A stretch of DNA of 64,000 nt from a virus, in IMG/VR virus record IMGVR_UViG_3300033148_004740, positions 1 through 64,000 of that record. The stretch is one strand, 5' to 3'. Position numbers and translations under genes: made by a program. The notes below the pieces were generated by a model. The model made no database searches, had not been told where the DNA came from, and worked only from the letters and a program-made list of their open reading frames with translations. Below, one piece after another: positions 54,933 through 64,000 of the stretch (position 1 is the stretch's first letter; each line of letters starts with the position of its first letter).

Positions 54933-55348
54933 TACTTACCCTTTCTTCTCCACAGGCTTGCCAACTTATCCTTCGACTTCTCGAGCTGCGCATCATCTGC
55001 TACTTTCTCTGTAACACTGTTTTCAATGTTGACAGATTCTGCAGTAGCATTGATCTGCATAGGGATGATCCTTTCGTCGATCTCTACAGCTGGACGTTGT
55101 TCCTCTGGAGGCGTTTGATTTGAGCTATGATATCGAAGGTGACCAAGTTTGTCTAGGACTTCCTGTGACACTCTGGGCGCTAGTATCTTGGCGATGGCGT
55201 TTGCCAATTCCTCAATATTGATTGGACGCTGTGCAGCCTTCGTCTTTTTAGGCATAGCAAATGGCGCCTCCCCATGTTTCCAAAGTACCACTAGAGCTAC
55301 TCCATAGCCCAAGGCTACTAGAATCGCTACAAGAACAACGATCCACAC
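54932..55348 (-). CDS. Single-pass membrane protein coupled to the actin gene
   Basis: N-terminal TM helix (WIVVLVAILVALGYGVALVVLW); its stop overlaps the actin ATG; GTG start. Confidence 0.7.
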   Translation of the reverse strand: MWIVVLVAILVALGYGVALVVLWKHGEAPFAMPKKTKAAQRPINIEELANAIAKILAPRVSQEVLDKLGHLRYHSSNQTPPEEQRPAVEIDERIIPMQINATAESVNIENSVTEKVADDAQLEKSKDKLASLWRRKGK

Positions 55349-55357
55349 TGGATACCC

Positions 55358-55771
55358 TTAGGTCAACAGAACCGTGAAGTTCCCGCTTACCGCATTGAAT
55401 TTGATGTCTCTGGTAGCAAAGCTACCGTCCATCTCAAAGCTCTCTCCTGCTTCAATCCAGATACCGGCAACTGTCACCGACCTGTCCATCCTGATGCCCT
55501 GGGCCAGATTAGGAAGATGATCAGTGTGCATGAGCGGATCCGCCATGTTTATACCAGAAGCCGGTCCCTGTCTGTTTGGGAAGACCGTATGATAAACGTT
55601 GAATGATACATTGAGCTCAGCTACTGCGTCGATTACTACAGAGCGAGCTGGACGGCCCATCGACTCCCTTACCATAAGGATGTCGCCTTCACTAATCTCA
55701 GTCTGATCAAACAACATCGTCCGCTCAGTTGGGGGAATTAGTCTGTCAATTTTCTTAACAATATCAGCCAC
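55358..55771 (-). CDS. Hypothetical (probable virion) protein
   Basis: Beta-rich, GGAG RBS, adjacent to structural genes. Confidence 0.55.
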   Translation of the reverse strand: MADIVKKIDRLIPPTERTMLFDQTEISEGDILMVRESMGRPARSVVIDAVAELNVSFNVYHTVFPNRQGPASGINMADPLMHTDHLPNLAQGIRMDRSVTVAGIWIEAGESFEMDGSFATRDIKFNAVSGNFTVLLT

Positions 55772-55781
55772 TGCTCACTCC

Positions 55782-56417
55782 TTAGATCAAATTGGTCCAA
55801 GAGCCATTCTCTCGGCCTTGGAACTTATCATCTGTTGTGTTGTATATTACCATACCATTGACTGGTGTTAAGAGATTCCTCTCGGCTGTAGTCAGCCTTC
55901 TGATAGAGCCAGCACCTTCGGCTAGGTCCAAAGAATTGACTGCGTTCATAACCTCAGTAAGTGCGGCCTCAACATCAGAAGCAGTGTAGAGATTGTATTG
56001 ATCAGCCACTGCTACACTCGAAGCGGACGCCGTGATATTGTTCACCGAAAATCCTACTGATTCTTCTAGGGTACGAAGAGACGAGTATAGATCTTCCAAC
56101 TGCTCAAAGACAGTATTCGGCCTACTGCTTGTAGAGTTGAAGTAAGAGGAGTTAACGCTAGTCGTTGCATTCTGGTCTACGTACACATTCTTACCATCTA
56201 GGCCATTCAAGAAAGCATCTACATCTGCGCTCCCTTCACCATAGGGGAGAGCTAGGACCAGAGGAACTAGCCGGCTATTCCACTGCGCACTAAAAGAGAC
56301 AAAGTCATTTCCAATCTCGTCAATCAAATCATTCATCTTCTCTGACGAGGTAGGACCGCTAGCTGGCATGTTTCGAACCATAAAGCTAATGGTGATTTCT
56401 TCAATTCTGTCAGTCAC
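55782..56417 (-). CDS. Virion structural protein with fibre-like C-terminus
   Basis: SSEKMNDLIDEIGNDF N-terminal motif shared with the neighbours; C-terminal LTTAERN...NGMVIYNTT...W motif common in phage fibres. Confidence 0.6.
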   Translation of the reverse strand: MTDRIEEITISFMVRNMPASGPTSSEKMNDLIDEIGNDFVSFSAQWNSRLVPLVLALPYGEGSADVDAFLNGLDGKNVYVDQNATTSVNSSYFNSTSSRPNTVFEQLEDLYSSLRTLEESVGFSVNNITASASSVAVADQYNLYTASDVEAALTEVMNAVNSLDLAEGAGSIRRLTTAERNLLTPVNGMVIYNTTDDKFQGRENGSWTNLI

Positions 56418-56427
56418 TTAGCTTCTC

Positions 56428-58638
56428 CTATGCCAGCTTTACTTTGTACGAGTGTATGACCGGAGCAACAGAATCATCGGACGTAGCAAGGTCGGCGCGT
56501 ACTCGTAGGTATGTACGGAGCTGGTTGATTAGTTTGAATTTTATCATGAACCTTTCATTTTGAAAGTCGGAGTTCTCTTCGTCTACCTTTATGAGAAACA
56601 CTCGAGACGGAGAGCTCCCAGTAGAGGAGGTGTGTGGAGCATCTATGTCTAGGGCAAAGAAATTGTAATCAGCAGTCTTCAGATTATTGTTGAAGTCAAA
56701 CACACTGACCTTTCTTGTCAAAGCCTGTGCGAACAGATCGGCGCCTTGATAGACTTTCTCAGAAGTAGTCGGATACTGAGTCTCGTAAGCATAGCCCTCT
56801 ATCAACAGCTTGTGGTTATAAGGATAGAGAGAGTCAACAGCTCTCAGGGCTGACAGGGTATCAAGAAGAGGCGTGATATGCTTCCAACGACTCTTGTGTA
56901 CTCTCACGCGATGAATCCCTGTTGTAGAGATCGTCTCTCCTGTCAAGACAGTCGGTGCCACCAGACCGGTATAGCGGACATCGTCAATGATCATCGGGGT
57001 GTCCCCAATATCAATAGACATGCCTGCGGGACTGTCAATTTTGATCACACAGAAGTACCATGGATCCTCAAAGCCCCAACCTCGCTGTACTCCTCTCACT
57101 TGATCTCCAGCTATATCTTTCAGGCCTTGTTCTCCAACGTTTCTAAACACTTGCAGAGATAGCGGGTCATACTGTAGATCGCTATCAATCTGATAATTCA
57201 GAAGGCGGTCGTTTGAATTTGCAAAAGTAAAACGCACGCCAGAGACAGTGAGCTCGGTATCTGACACACTGCTCCCTGTATCTTCGATTAGATGGAATGT
57301 GCTACCAGGAGAAATGTAATCAGAATCAGTAGAGTCGCCCTCATAGGAAATAGAGACGGTCTCTGTGTCTCCCAGAACTATCTCTGTAATATCGCCAACT
57401 TCTACAACAGTAGGATGAACAGGCGTCGGCCTGTTGTTTGGCGAGAGTGGGGTCCAGATCGTGTTCGAGTTAATAGTGAAGGGAGAATCATTGCTTACAG
57501 CAACTGACCAATCAATCGTGGTTCCTTCTTCTTCCTGCTCACACGCTTCCAATGTAAGCTTCTCAAACTCCACTGGATTCCCATCTGGATCTGCTACCCA
57601 GAGTGGACGAGAGATAACTGTCTGTTCTGTAGTCGAGAAAGACTCAGAGTAGAAGGCAATGCTCTTGAATCCGAACTGGTAACTGAATGTAGTGGGACTC
57701 GAGACTTCAGGGTCTGGGCCTTTCTTGGTGAGAAGGAATTTGACCCATTGCATCTGTGTCTCTGGGAACTGGAACACTGCCTGACTCTTTGCCTCTTGGG
57801 TGAACGTAATAGAGGGGAGCTGAGCGAAGTTGACGTTATCAGTCGAGTAGAGAGGGGTAATGCTCATGGTACTGGACTGTGATGAGTCCAGGAGCTCGAG
57901 GGTGATCTTGGAGATAGGGACTGCCGCGCCCGATAGCTTAACTGTCAGCTCACATGTTACTGGCTTGACCTTATTCATCTCTACTGAGGTCCACCAGCCC
58001 TTGTACTGCTGTTTGAAAATATCAGCTAAGACAGCGCCCTGTTGGTCAGTACGACTAGAGAAATCTGAAGTAGTCTGGATTCTGAAGATGACATCAGTCT
58101 TTGTATCCAAGTCTTCCAAGAAGAGACGATCATTAGAGTCAGCAGCTGCGGCTAAAGAAACAACCCCTTCGCGGATGTTCACTGCTGCAGTAGTATTGGA
58201 GAAATCTACCTGACTCATGTCTCCGAAGTTATCGGCTAGATAAGAGTGATACCCCTCTGTATCCTGAGTGAGGAGAAGAAGATTCTCTACTCTATCCTCT
58301 AGGTTGATGAGTCTCTGCTCGAGAGCCTCTGCCTCTATCTTCCATCTTGGGGCTGTATCAATAGCCTGTCCAGATAGCACGATCATGTTCTTATAGAGAG
58401 CACGCAGGTCCTGCCTAATAGCGTTCATCGTGCTGTTGAACCCAGCAGAAGAAGAAGCTACGAGCCTATCCACTGTATGATCAGTAGCTAGAAACTGGGG
58501 AACAGATAGATCCATTGTGGCTATCAGGTTATTGACCTCTGTTTCGAGCTCCTCTGCAGATACAAGGACTCCACTGGAATAGGTCTCCTTCAGAAACTCC
58601 TCCAACAACATTTCTCGATATGTGTCAGAGATAGTCAT
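56428..58638 (-). CDS. Virion structural (baseplate/tail-tip-like) protein, paralog 1
   Basis: Helical N-terminus, beta-sandwich body, C-terminal APVIHSYKVK. Confidence 0.55.
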   Translation of the reverse strand: MTISDTYREMLLEEFLKETYSSGVLVSAEELETEVNNLIATMDLSVPQFLATDHTVDRLVASSSAGFNSTMNAIRQDLRALYKNMIVLSGQAIDTAPRWKIEAEALEQRLINLEDRVENLLLLTQDTEGYHSYLADNFGDMSQVDFSNTTAAVNIREGVVSLAAAADSNDRLFLEDLDTKTDVIFRIQTTSDFSSRTDQQGAVLADIFKQQYKGWWTSVEMNKVKPVTCELTVKLSGAAVPISKITLELLDSSQSSTMSITPLYSTDNVNFAQLPSITFTQEAKSQAVFQFPETQMQWVKFLLTKKGPDPEVSSPTTFSYQFGFKSIAFYSESFSTTEQTVISRPLWVADPDGNPVEFEKLTLEACEQEEEGTTIDWSVAVSNDSPFTINSNTIWTPLSPNNRPTPVHPTVVEVGDITEIVLGDTETVSISYEGDSTDSDYISPGSTFHLIEDTGSSVSDTELTVSGVRFTFANSNDRLLNYQIDSDLQYDPLSLQVFRNVGEQGLKDIAGDQVRGVQRGWGFEDPWYFCVIKIDSPAGMSIDIGDTPMIIDDVRYTGLVAPTVLTGETISTTGIHRVRVHKSRWKHITPLLDTLSALRAVDSLYPYNHKLLIEGYAYETQYPTTSEKVYQGADLFAQALTRKVSVFDFNNNLKTADYNFFALDIDAPHTSSTGSSPSRVFLIKVDEENSDFQNERFMIKFKLINQLRTYLRVRADLATSDDSVAPVIHSYKVKLA

Positions 58639-61600
58639 TAGAAGATCCTTCCTTTTGTGAGCACCTTGAGAGCGTAGTCCTTTAGAACTGGGGAGAAGAA
58701 CTCCTTGAGGTCCGTAATGTTTTCTCGGGTTGAGCTCACATAGTCATAGTTCACTAGATAGTAACCGTTGCGACCCTTGAGGCTAGACTTGGGTAGAGAC
58801 AGATGCCTAAAGACCTCTGAGTCCTTAACAACTACTGTCCGATTGGTAATATCCACATCATAGTCCAATGGGTCTAATAGTCTAGCGATCTGGTACTCAG
58901 CACGAAAATCTACGTAATGATATGAAGCAAGTATAGTGAAGGTTGAAAGCAATGGACGGTCAGTGAAGATACGGCCATTCTCGTAGTCAACAGAGTACTT
59001 TCCTTCATCTCCAAGTATCAGCTGCTCGTAAAAATATGTGATCGTCCCGGTTCGAACGATAGTCGTCCCGTCTAAAGTCCAGCTCCCACCACCACCATAG
59101 AGAGATGTGTTAGGAACATAGACAGCCTCCCACAAGCTACCAGGTGCATCTACGTATACCTGGCACTGGCCATATGAGGAATGATTGCTGTCTCTTTGTA
59201 TTGCATACTCTCCCCCAACCGAAGGGGTCCCCCATGCAACTTCTGTTGCGAATAAGATTTTGTTACTGAAGACTATCTTGTGAGCTGACGTATCTGTAGA
59301 GATCAACTGCTCTATCAAAGAGATAACATTGAGAGAGGAGTTGGTCAGAGAGGGAACTTGTTGTAGGGTTTGCTTTAGTCCAAGCGCCCCTAATTCAGTG
59401 GAGCCATCTTCATATAGGACTTCTGTAATAAATGGATTGGCAGACTGAGCTTCATCCTCTTCGGTCGACTCATCATCGACAGGTGGATTAGAATCTATAA
59501 CCAAAAGGTTGAGTGTCCCCTTCACTATGCTTAGGTGTTCTAGGTCAAGAACAGTGGAACTAGTTAGGAACGGAATTGTCGTCTCGTCTACAGTAATAGC
59601 TTTCCAAGCGGACTCTTTAATCGAGACACTATCACGGAGTACCTTATCTGTAGCCCAGTCCCATTCGTCAGTAGAAAGAGCATAAATGTTTTGCCAAGTA
59701 TATGAAACAGAAGTATCTACGATAGTAGAAGTTGGAGTATACATATAGACAACGCCATTGAGCTCGTCAACTGACCATTCGTCAGTAGCTGTCAATTCTT
59801 CCCAACCATTGACAAAGGTTTGTTGCTCATCGTAGCCTAGGGTTTCTGCAATGCCACTAGCAGAGGTCACACCCTGGTGCCGTAGTCGAGCAATGGTCTT
59901 CCCTCTTCCTAGGAGTTCAAGAGACTCTTCCTCTTTATCATACCTCTTGATGGTCATATCAGTCTTGTTAGAGGCAGTAGCAAATGTTAGTGAAGCTATA
60001 TGGTTATCCTCGACCTCTCCAGGAGTAATTCTGTCCGCCTCGAGCCACAAAGAGATAGGAGTATTATCAGCTGGAGCAAAAGTAGTCTGGTTATTACCAA
60101 AGGCCAGCGTTTGGTTCACAGGGTCAATAACAAAGAGTTTGGCTGGCGTTGAGGTAGCCCAGTCTGCTTGGAAAAGGTTAAGAGGACGATCAGAATGAGT
60201 CCACTCTTCTCCACCGACTAAAACATGGATCCAGTCTGCAATATCAACTGGCTTTAGTTCAAAGTACTCGCCGTTATCTTCTTTCTGCCAAGGCCTGTTC
60301 CCTAGAGGGAAGGGAAGCTTATATGAATAGAAGAAACCATCGGCAGAAGTGTTCCCTAAAACATATGGGAACCCTGGAAGACCACAAGACCCAAACAAGG
60401 GCTCTACAACCGCAACGGTCCCATTGACTGGAGGCTTCTCGAGAGAGAAACTGAACGGAGAGCTAGAGGGTATCTCATGGAGCTCAGAGCGTGTATCAAT
60501 AGTCTTACTAAACGATGACGAGCCTTCTTCAAAAGCATCATCATTTCTTTCAAAGGCTACCTTAAGACGAAGAGACTTTACCGGGACAGCAGTAGTGATA
60601 CTAGCTGTATCTGCACTGTTAAAATCTAAGATCTCAGGAACACCAACGATACCGGCAACACCAGTAAATTCTTTGGGCTGGATTCTATGCCAGGTCCCTC
60701 CATCATCAGGAGAAAGCATGAAAGTAATAGAGGCTAGCTCAGAATATTCAGATGGGTTCTGATTGCTTTGAAGGATAACCTTACGAATCTCATCAAGCGA
60801 CTGGTAACGAGTAGAGACAATCTCTCCCTTAGGTTTGTAAGAAAAAGCTCGTATATCTACGTCACGGATCCCAATCGCGTATCGACTACGCTCCTCAGTG
60901 GTTGTCTGAATAACATAGGGCTCTGGTTGTTTCAGGATAAAGCGAACATACTTCACCTTGCGAGGTGTAAAAGTATAGAGGCCTTGACCAGCAAACTTTG
61001 AGGAAGAGGGAGCAAGCACGAATACATTTTCTTCGTCCTCGGTTGTAAAACCTGCAATTGGAACATCGTCTTTGATAGAAGTATAGGCTTCACCATCAAG
61101 AGAGGTTGAAATGTCTTCAACCTGAATAGCTGTCTTGGTCCCAAAATTATTGGGGTTGACTCGGATATGGTTGATGACTGTCTTCTCACCAAGGTTGACA
61201 GTAAAGTCGAGAACCAGGGGCTCTCTCTGATCAGAGGCCCCAGTAACTACTCTCTCATATTCAAACCAAGTGTCTGGATTATTGTCAAGCAGTACTCGGA
61301 TGTCTCCATTAAATACTGCTCCAGTCTGTTGGTTATTACCTACAACCCCATTAGAGTCAGGGTTGATAATTGGTGTTTCAGTAATGCTTAGTATCGAGTC
61401 CTTGCTTTTGTCAATGGGAAGAGTTGTCACTCCTTCCTCTTGGCTTATGTCACACTCTTCCTCGTTAAGGAGAGCACTATTCAGCTCCAGCTTAGTAAGA
61501 TCGTTAAAGCTATCAATGAAGTAGATAGCATCCTTGGTTGGATTGAGCGAGTAAAGGATATAGTCTCCTAGCTTAGAAGAGACACTTTTCAGACGAGAGG

Positions 61601-61949
61601 TAAGGCGATTAGCTTCTGTGGTAATGTAGTTGAAATTGGAGACCACAAGGGTCTCAACGTTCTCTAGTTCTGTAAAAATGATTGTCAGATCATCCAACAG
61701 CCTGTTCCACATATCGTCATAGTCGGTATGCTTGGGAAGATTGTCCTCTAGCACCTCTGCCTTTTTCATCTGTGGTTCTGTAAGTTCCTTGGAGAACTCT
61801 CTCAAAACCCGAGTAGCTTCAAACAAATATTCTTCCTGTGTCTGGAAAGAGCTAGCAGACAGACTAGTCTGCAGGTTCTTAGACAACTTGTCCAGCTTGC
61901 CTTTGAGCAATGTGCTGTCATCAGGAATAAGATACTTGTTTGCTACCAT
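58638..61949 (-). CDS. Virion structural (baseplate/tail-tip-like) protein, paralog 2
   Basis: LLDNNPDTWFEY discoidin-like segment; YSVDYENG repeats; C-terminal SPVLKDYALK. Confidence 0.55.
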   Translation of the reverse strand: MVANKYLIPDDSTLLKGKLDKLSKNLQTSLSASSFQTQEEYLFEATRVLREFSKELTEPQMKKAEVLEDNLPKHTDYDDMWNRLLDDLTIIFTELENVETLVVSNFNYITTEANRLTSRLKSVSSKLGDYILYSLNPTKDAIYFIDSFNDLTKLELNSALLNEEECDISQEEGVTTLPIDKSKDSILSITETPIINPDSNGVVGNNQQTGAVFNGDIRVLLDNNPDTWFEYERVVTGASDQREPLVLDFTVNLGEKTVINHIRVNPNNFGTKTAIQVEDISTSLDGEAYTSIKDDVPIAGFTTEDEENVFVLAPSSSKFAGQGLYTFTPRKVKYVRFILKQPEPYVIQTTTEERSRYAIGIRDVDIRAFSYKPKGEIVSTRYQSLDEIRKVILQSNQNPSEYSELASITFMLSPDDGGTWHRIQPKEFTGVAGIVGVPEILDFNSADTASITTAVPVKSLRLKVAFERNDDAFEEGSSSFSKTIDTRSELHEIPSSSPFSFSLEKPPVNGTVAVVEPLFGSCGLPGFPYVLGNTSADGFFYSYKLPFPLGNRPWQKEDNGEYFELKPVDIADWIHVLVGGEEWTHSDRPLNLFQADWATSTPAKLFVIDPVNQTLAFGNNQTTFAPADNTPISLWLEADRITPGEVEDNHIASLTFATASNKTDMTIKRYDKEEESLELLGRGKTIARLRHQGVTSASGIAETLGYDEQQTFVNGWEELTATDEWSVDELNGVVYMYTPTSTIVDTSVSYTWQNIYALSTDEWDWATDKVLRDSVSIKESAWKAITVDETTIPFLTSSTVLDLEHLSIVKGTLNLLVIDSNPPVDDESTEEDEAQSANPFITEVLYEDGSTELGALGLKQTLQQVPSLTNSSLNVISLIEQLISTDTSAHKIVFSNKILFATEVAWGTPSVGGEYAIQRDSNHSSYGQCQVYVDAPGSLWEAVYVPNTSLYGGGGSWTLDGTTIVRTGTITYFYEQLILGDEGKYSVDYENGRIFTDRPLLSTFTILASYHYVDFRAEYQIARLLDPLDYDVDITNRTVVVKDSEVFRHLSLPKSSLKGRNGYYLVNYDYVSSTRENITDLKEFFSPVLKDYALKVLTKGRIF

Positions 61950-63976
61950 TAATCAGCCTCAAATTTGGTTTGGTCTTTCTTAGCGGAGACTAGGGTATAC
62001 TCCTCGAGAGCAGGAGTCAGGGTTGGGTCAGAAGTATTTTGCCTCAAGATCACCATTAAGTATAGCTTAGTTTCTGCAACTTGGTTAGAGTCCTCATCAA
62101 TCACAACAACATTCTCTGGTCCAATGCGAGCAGAAAGATCACCCAATAGGTCTACTGCCTGAATTCCTCCTACTATGTCAAATTCTGCATATGGTGCGGT
62201 AGGCTTAGCAAACGTGCTTGAGGTAATTGGGTTGTATGAGACGGTAAAAATGTCTCCCTCACCGGCACCAGCTACCCTTATCTTGAAGACCATTGGGTCA
62301 CCAGTGTCAGGAGTCTTATCTACTGCTACCTGTTCATCAGTTGACCAGCCCTCAGAAGAACCAGGAACATCGTCAATATTAGGAACCTCTTGGCCATTTC
62401 TGTAAACAACAATGTCCCCATCTGTTTTGGTCGTAAAGAATATCGTGCTACCAATATCATTGAAGCTAAGATTAGCCGCACTCTTCTCAGATAAGACAAG
62501 TCTCTCGTGATAGGCTCTGGTCCATCCTAAGGGGAACAAAGGGAACACAGAAGACCTGATGAGAATGTCTTCTGAACTGAAGTCACGCTTAGCTACCCAG
62601 TACTCTATACTTCCCCAAAATGGATAGAGCTCAGGGCTTGTAAAAGGTGTCTCAGCATACACAATCCCTCCCGATCCATCCGTATAAGAACGGCGCTCTT
62701 TTGCTCTGATCCCTGCCTGTCCAACAATCTTACTTGTAAGAGGAGAAGAGACAAAAATCCCTTGTGACAAGTACTTAGCTATACCAATTCTAATGTTGTC
62801 AATGCCTGTAAGAAACTCGACGCCTTTGAATGTGATAGGGCCTTCACCATTAAACAAAGGTATTCCTACTGTATTCATAGCCTTAGAAGAAATAAGATCA
62901 GACAGCTGGGTCGTAGCGGCTACCTCAACGCTCAATATCTGCGAGCCCCCTCGGAGCGAGGCAATAGGATCAAGAGCAATATCGAGGAAGGTAGACAACG
63001 AGGTTCTGTATTCAAATTGCAATGGAAGAGCATTTTCGTTTCGCAGAGTGAGGATTAGTCGTCTTGCAGAGATCTTGCGAAACTGTATTGAGGTTACACC
63101 TGATAACGAAACATCGATTTGCCCTAGAGAAACAGTTGTTCCCGTATCATCTTCAAAAGAGATAGACTCTACATATATATCACGATGATGGACGGGTTCA
63201 ATCTCGATATAGTTGACTTCTTTCCTTGTGCCTAGGTCGAGCTCGAGCTTCACCTTCATAGACTCAGGTTGACTAGAGAACAGGGTCGAGGTGACCCAAT
63301 ATGTTCCCGCAGTATTGTCAATCATCTTGTCTAGAGATGTTCCTGGGCGGTCTACTGAAATCTCTCCTTGGGGAGATTCCGAATCAAAGATCTGTCGAAT
63401 AGACCTGACTGGGTGAAAGATATTCCTCTCATATGGGAGAGTAAGGCGCTCACCCGATAGGTCAACGTGTGCGTCGAAGGTAGCTGAAATAGCCTTCTTG
63501 TTTCTTGGGTCAACGAAAAGTCCCTGTGTATCTACTTGTCGACCAGTGCGACCTTCCTTAGATTCACGGAAGGTTGAAAAGATAGCTGAGTCAAACCCTC
63601 TGCTATCACCATTGAGAAACTCATAGAGGTTTACCTTTGATTCAAGCTCGTCGACACCAGCTTTAAGATTCTTGAGAACTACGTCTCTAACAATAGCAAC
63701 ATGAGAAGACTGTACACTAGCGATATTATTAGCCTCTTCAAAGCCTGCACCAAGATCATCCTCGACTCTATCGAGCATGAAGTTGAACCGCTCCGAGTCA
63801 ATAACCGAACTCTGTTCTCCAAGAAACAGTTTCAAAGAGGGGGTAAGGACAGTTCCTGTAAGCTCACGGACTAGAGAATCTAGCTCACGAGAGAACTCAT
63901 CTATACTCTTGATTTGCCCCGTATTCTTCTTCTTGGTTAGAAGCTTCAAGATCTGGTCCGTCTGTCTCTTTCCCAT
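61949..63976 (-). CDS. Virion structural (baseplate/tail-tip-like) protein, paralog 3; frame open to window edge
   Basis: MIDNTAGTYW, LELDLG...VNYIEIEP; C-terminal TPALEEYTL. No in-frame stop between 63976 and 64000, so the true start may lie outside the window. Confidence 0.55.
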   Translation of the reverse strand: MGKRQTDQILKLLTKKKNTGQIKSIDEFSRELDSLVRELTGTVLTPSLKLFLGEQSSVIDSERFNFMLDRVEDDLGAGFEEANNIASVQSSHVAIVRDVVLKNLKAGVDELESKVNLYEFLNGDSRGFDSAIFSTFRESKEGRTGRQVDTQGLFVDPRNKKAISATFDAHVDLSGERLTLPYERNIFHPVRSIRQIFDSESPQGEISVDRPGTSLDKMIDNTAGTYWVTSTLFSSQPESMKVKLELDLGTRKEVNYIEIEPVHHRDIYVESISFEDDTGTTVSLGQIDVSLSGVTSIQFRKISARRLILTLRNENALPLQFEYRTSLSTFLDIALDPIASLRGGSQILSVEVAATTQLSDLISSKAMNTVGIPLFNGEGPITFKGVEFLTGIDNIRIGIAKYLSQGIFVSSPLTSKIVGQAGIRAKERRSYTDGSGGIVYAETPFTSPELYPFWGSIEYWVAKRDFSSEDILIRSSVFPLFPLGWTRAYHERLVLSEKSAANLSFNDIGSTIFFTTKTDGDIVVYRNGQEVPNIDDVPGSSEGWSTDEQVAVDKTPDTGDPMVFKIRVAGAGEGDIFTVSYNPITSSTFAKPTAPYAEFDIVGGIQAVDLLGDLSARIGPENVVVIDEDSNQVAETKLYLMVILRQNTSDPTLTPALEEYTLVSAKKDQTKFEAD

Positions 63977-64000
63977 GAGGCTACGGAACTTGTCAATATA

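Noticed and set aside
430-63188. Numerous 60-180-aa antisense or alternate-frame ORFs in the supplied track (e.g. 5630-6163, 25637-26195, 27088-27654)
   Set aside because: They lie inside well-supported genes, lack motifs and RBS, and are expected shadows.
1-64000. Stop-codon reassignment (TAG readthrough) suggested by TAG abundance
   Set aside because: Standard-code ORFs tile both blocks almost completely, and TAG ends sensible proteins just before the next start.
1-64000. tRNA, rRNA or structured ncRNA genes
   Set aside because: Intergenic gaps are tiny or filled by small ORFs; no cloverleaf with TTCGA/CCA context seen.

Overview
A 64-kb, very tightly packed fragment of a large (probably jumbo) tailed dsDNA bacteriophage, read in the standard genetic code. 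The host is probably bacterial and diderm (bacterial RecA and DnaE, a PG amidase, a GT9). There are two convergent blocks. The + strand block (1-14960) covers replication and nucleotide metabolism: intein-containing class II RNR, RecA, a DnaE split into a PHP gene and an intein-containing core gene, a metallophosphoesterase, dCMP deaminase, PhoH and a family-4 UDG. The - strand block (14944-64000) holds a sigma-like factor, an amidase endolysin, five PD-(D/E)xK nucleases, a primase-helicase, two giant modular fibre proteins (2407 and 1419 aa), holin-like genes, a 20-gene glycosylation/methylation cluster, a volactin-like actin with a membrane-anchored neighbour, and paralogous virion structural genes. 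The best candidate for an undescribed system is the 16.7-kb cluster: 8 glycosyltransferases, 5 methyltransferases and an NDP-aminosugar pathway, with no membrane/export components, sitting next to the repeat fibres. Its GT9 is interrupted by a LAGLIDADG intein ending in a non-canonical Trp-Asp, and an archaeal-type actin gene lies directly upstream. All family assignments come from motif recognition by eye; no database searches were run.
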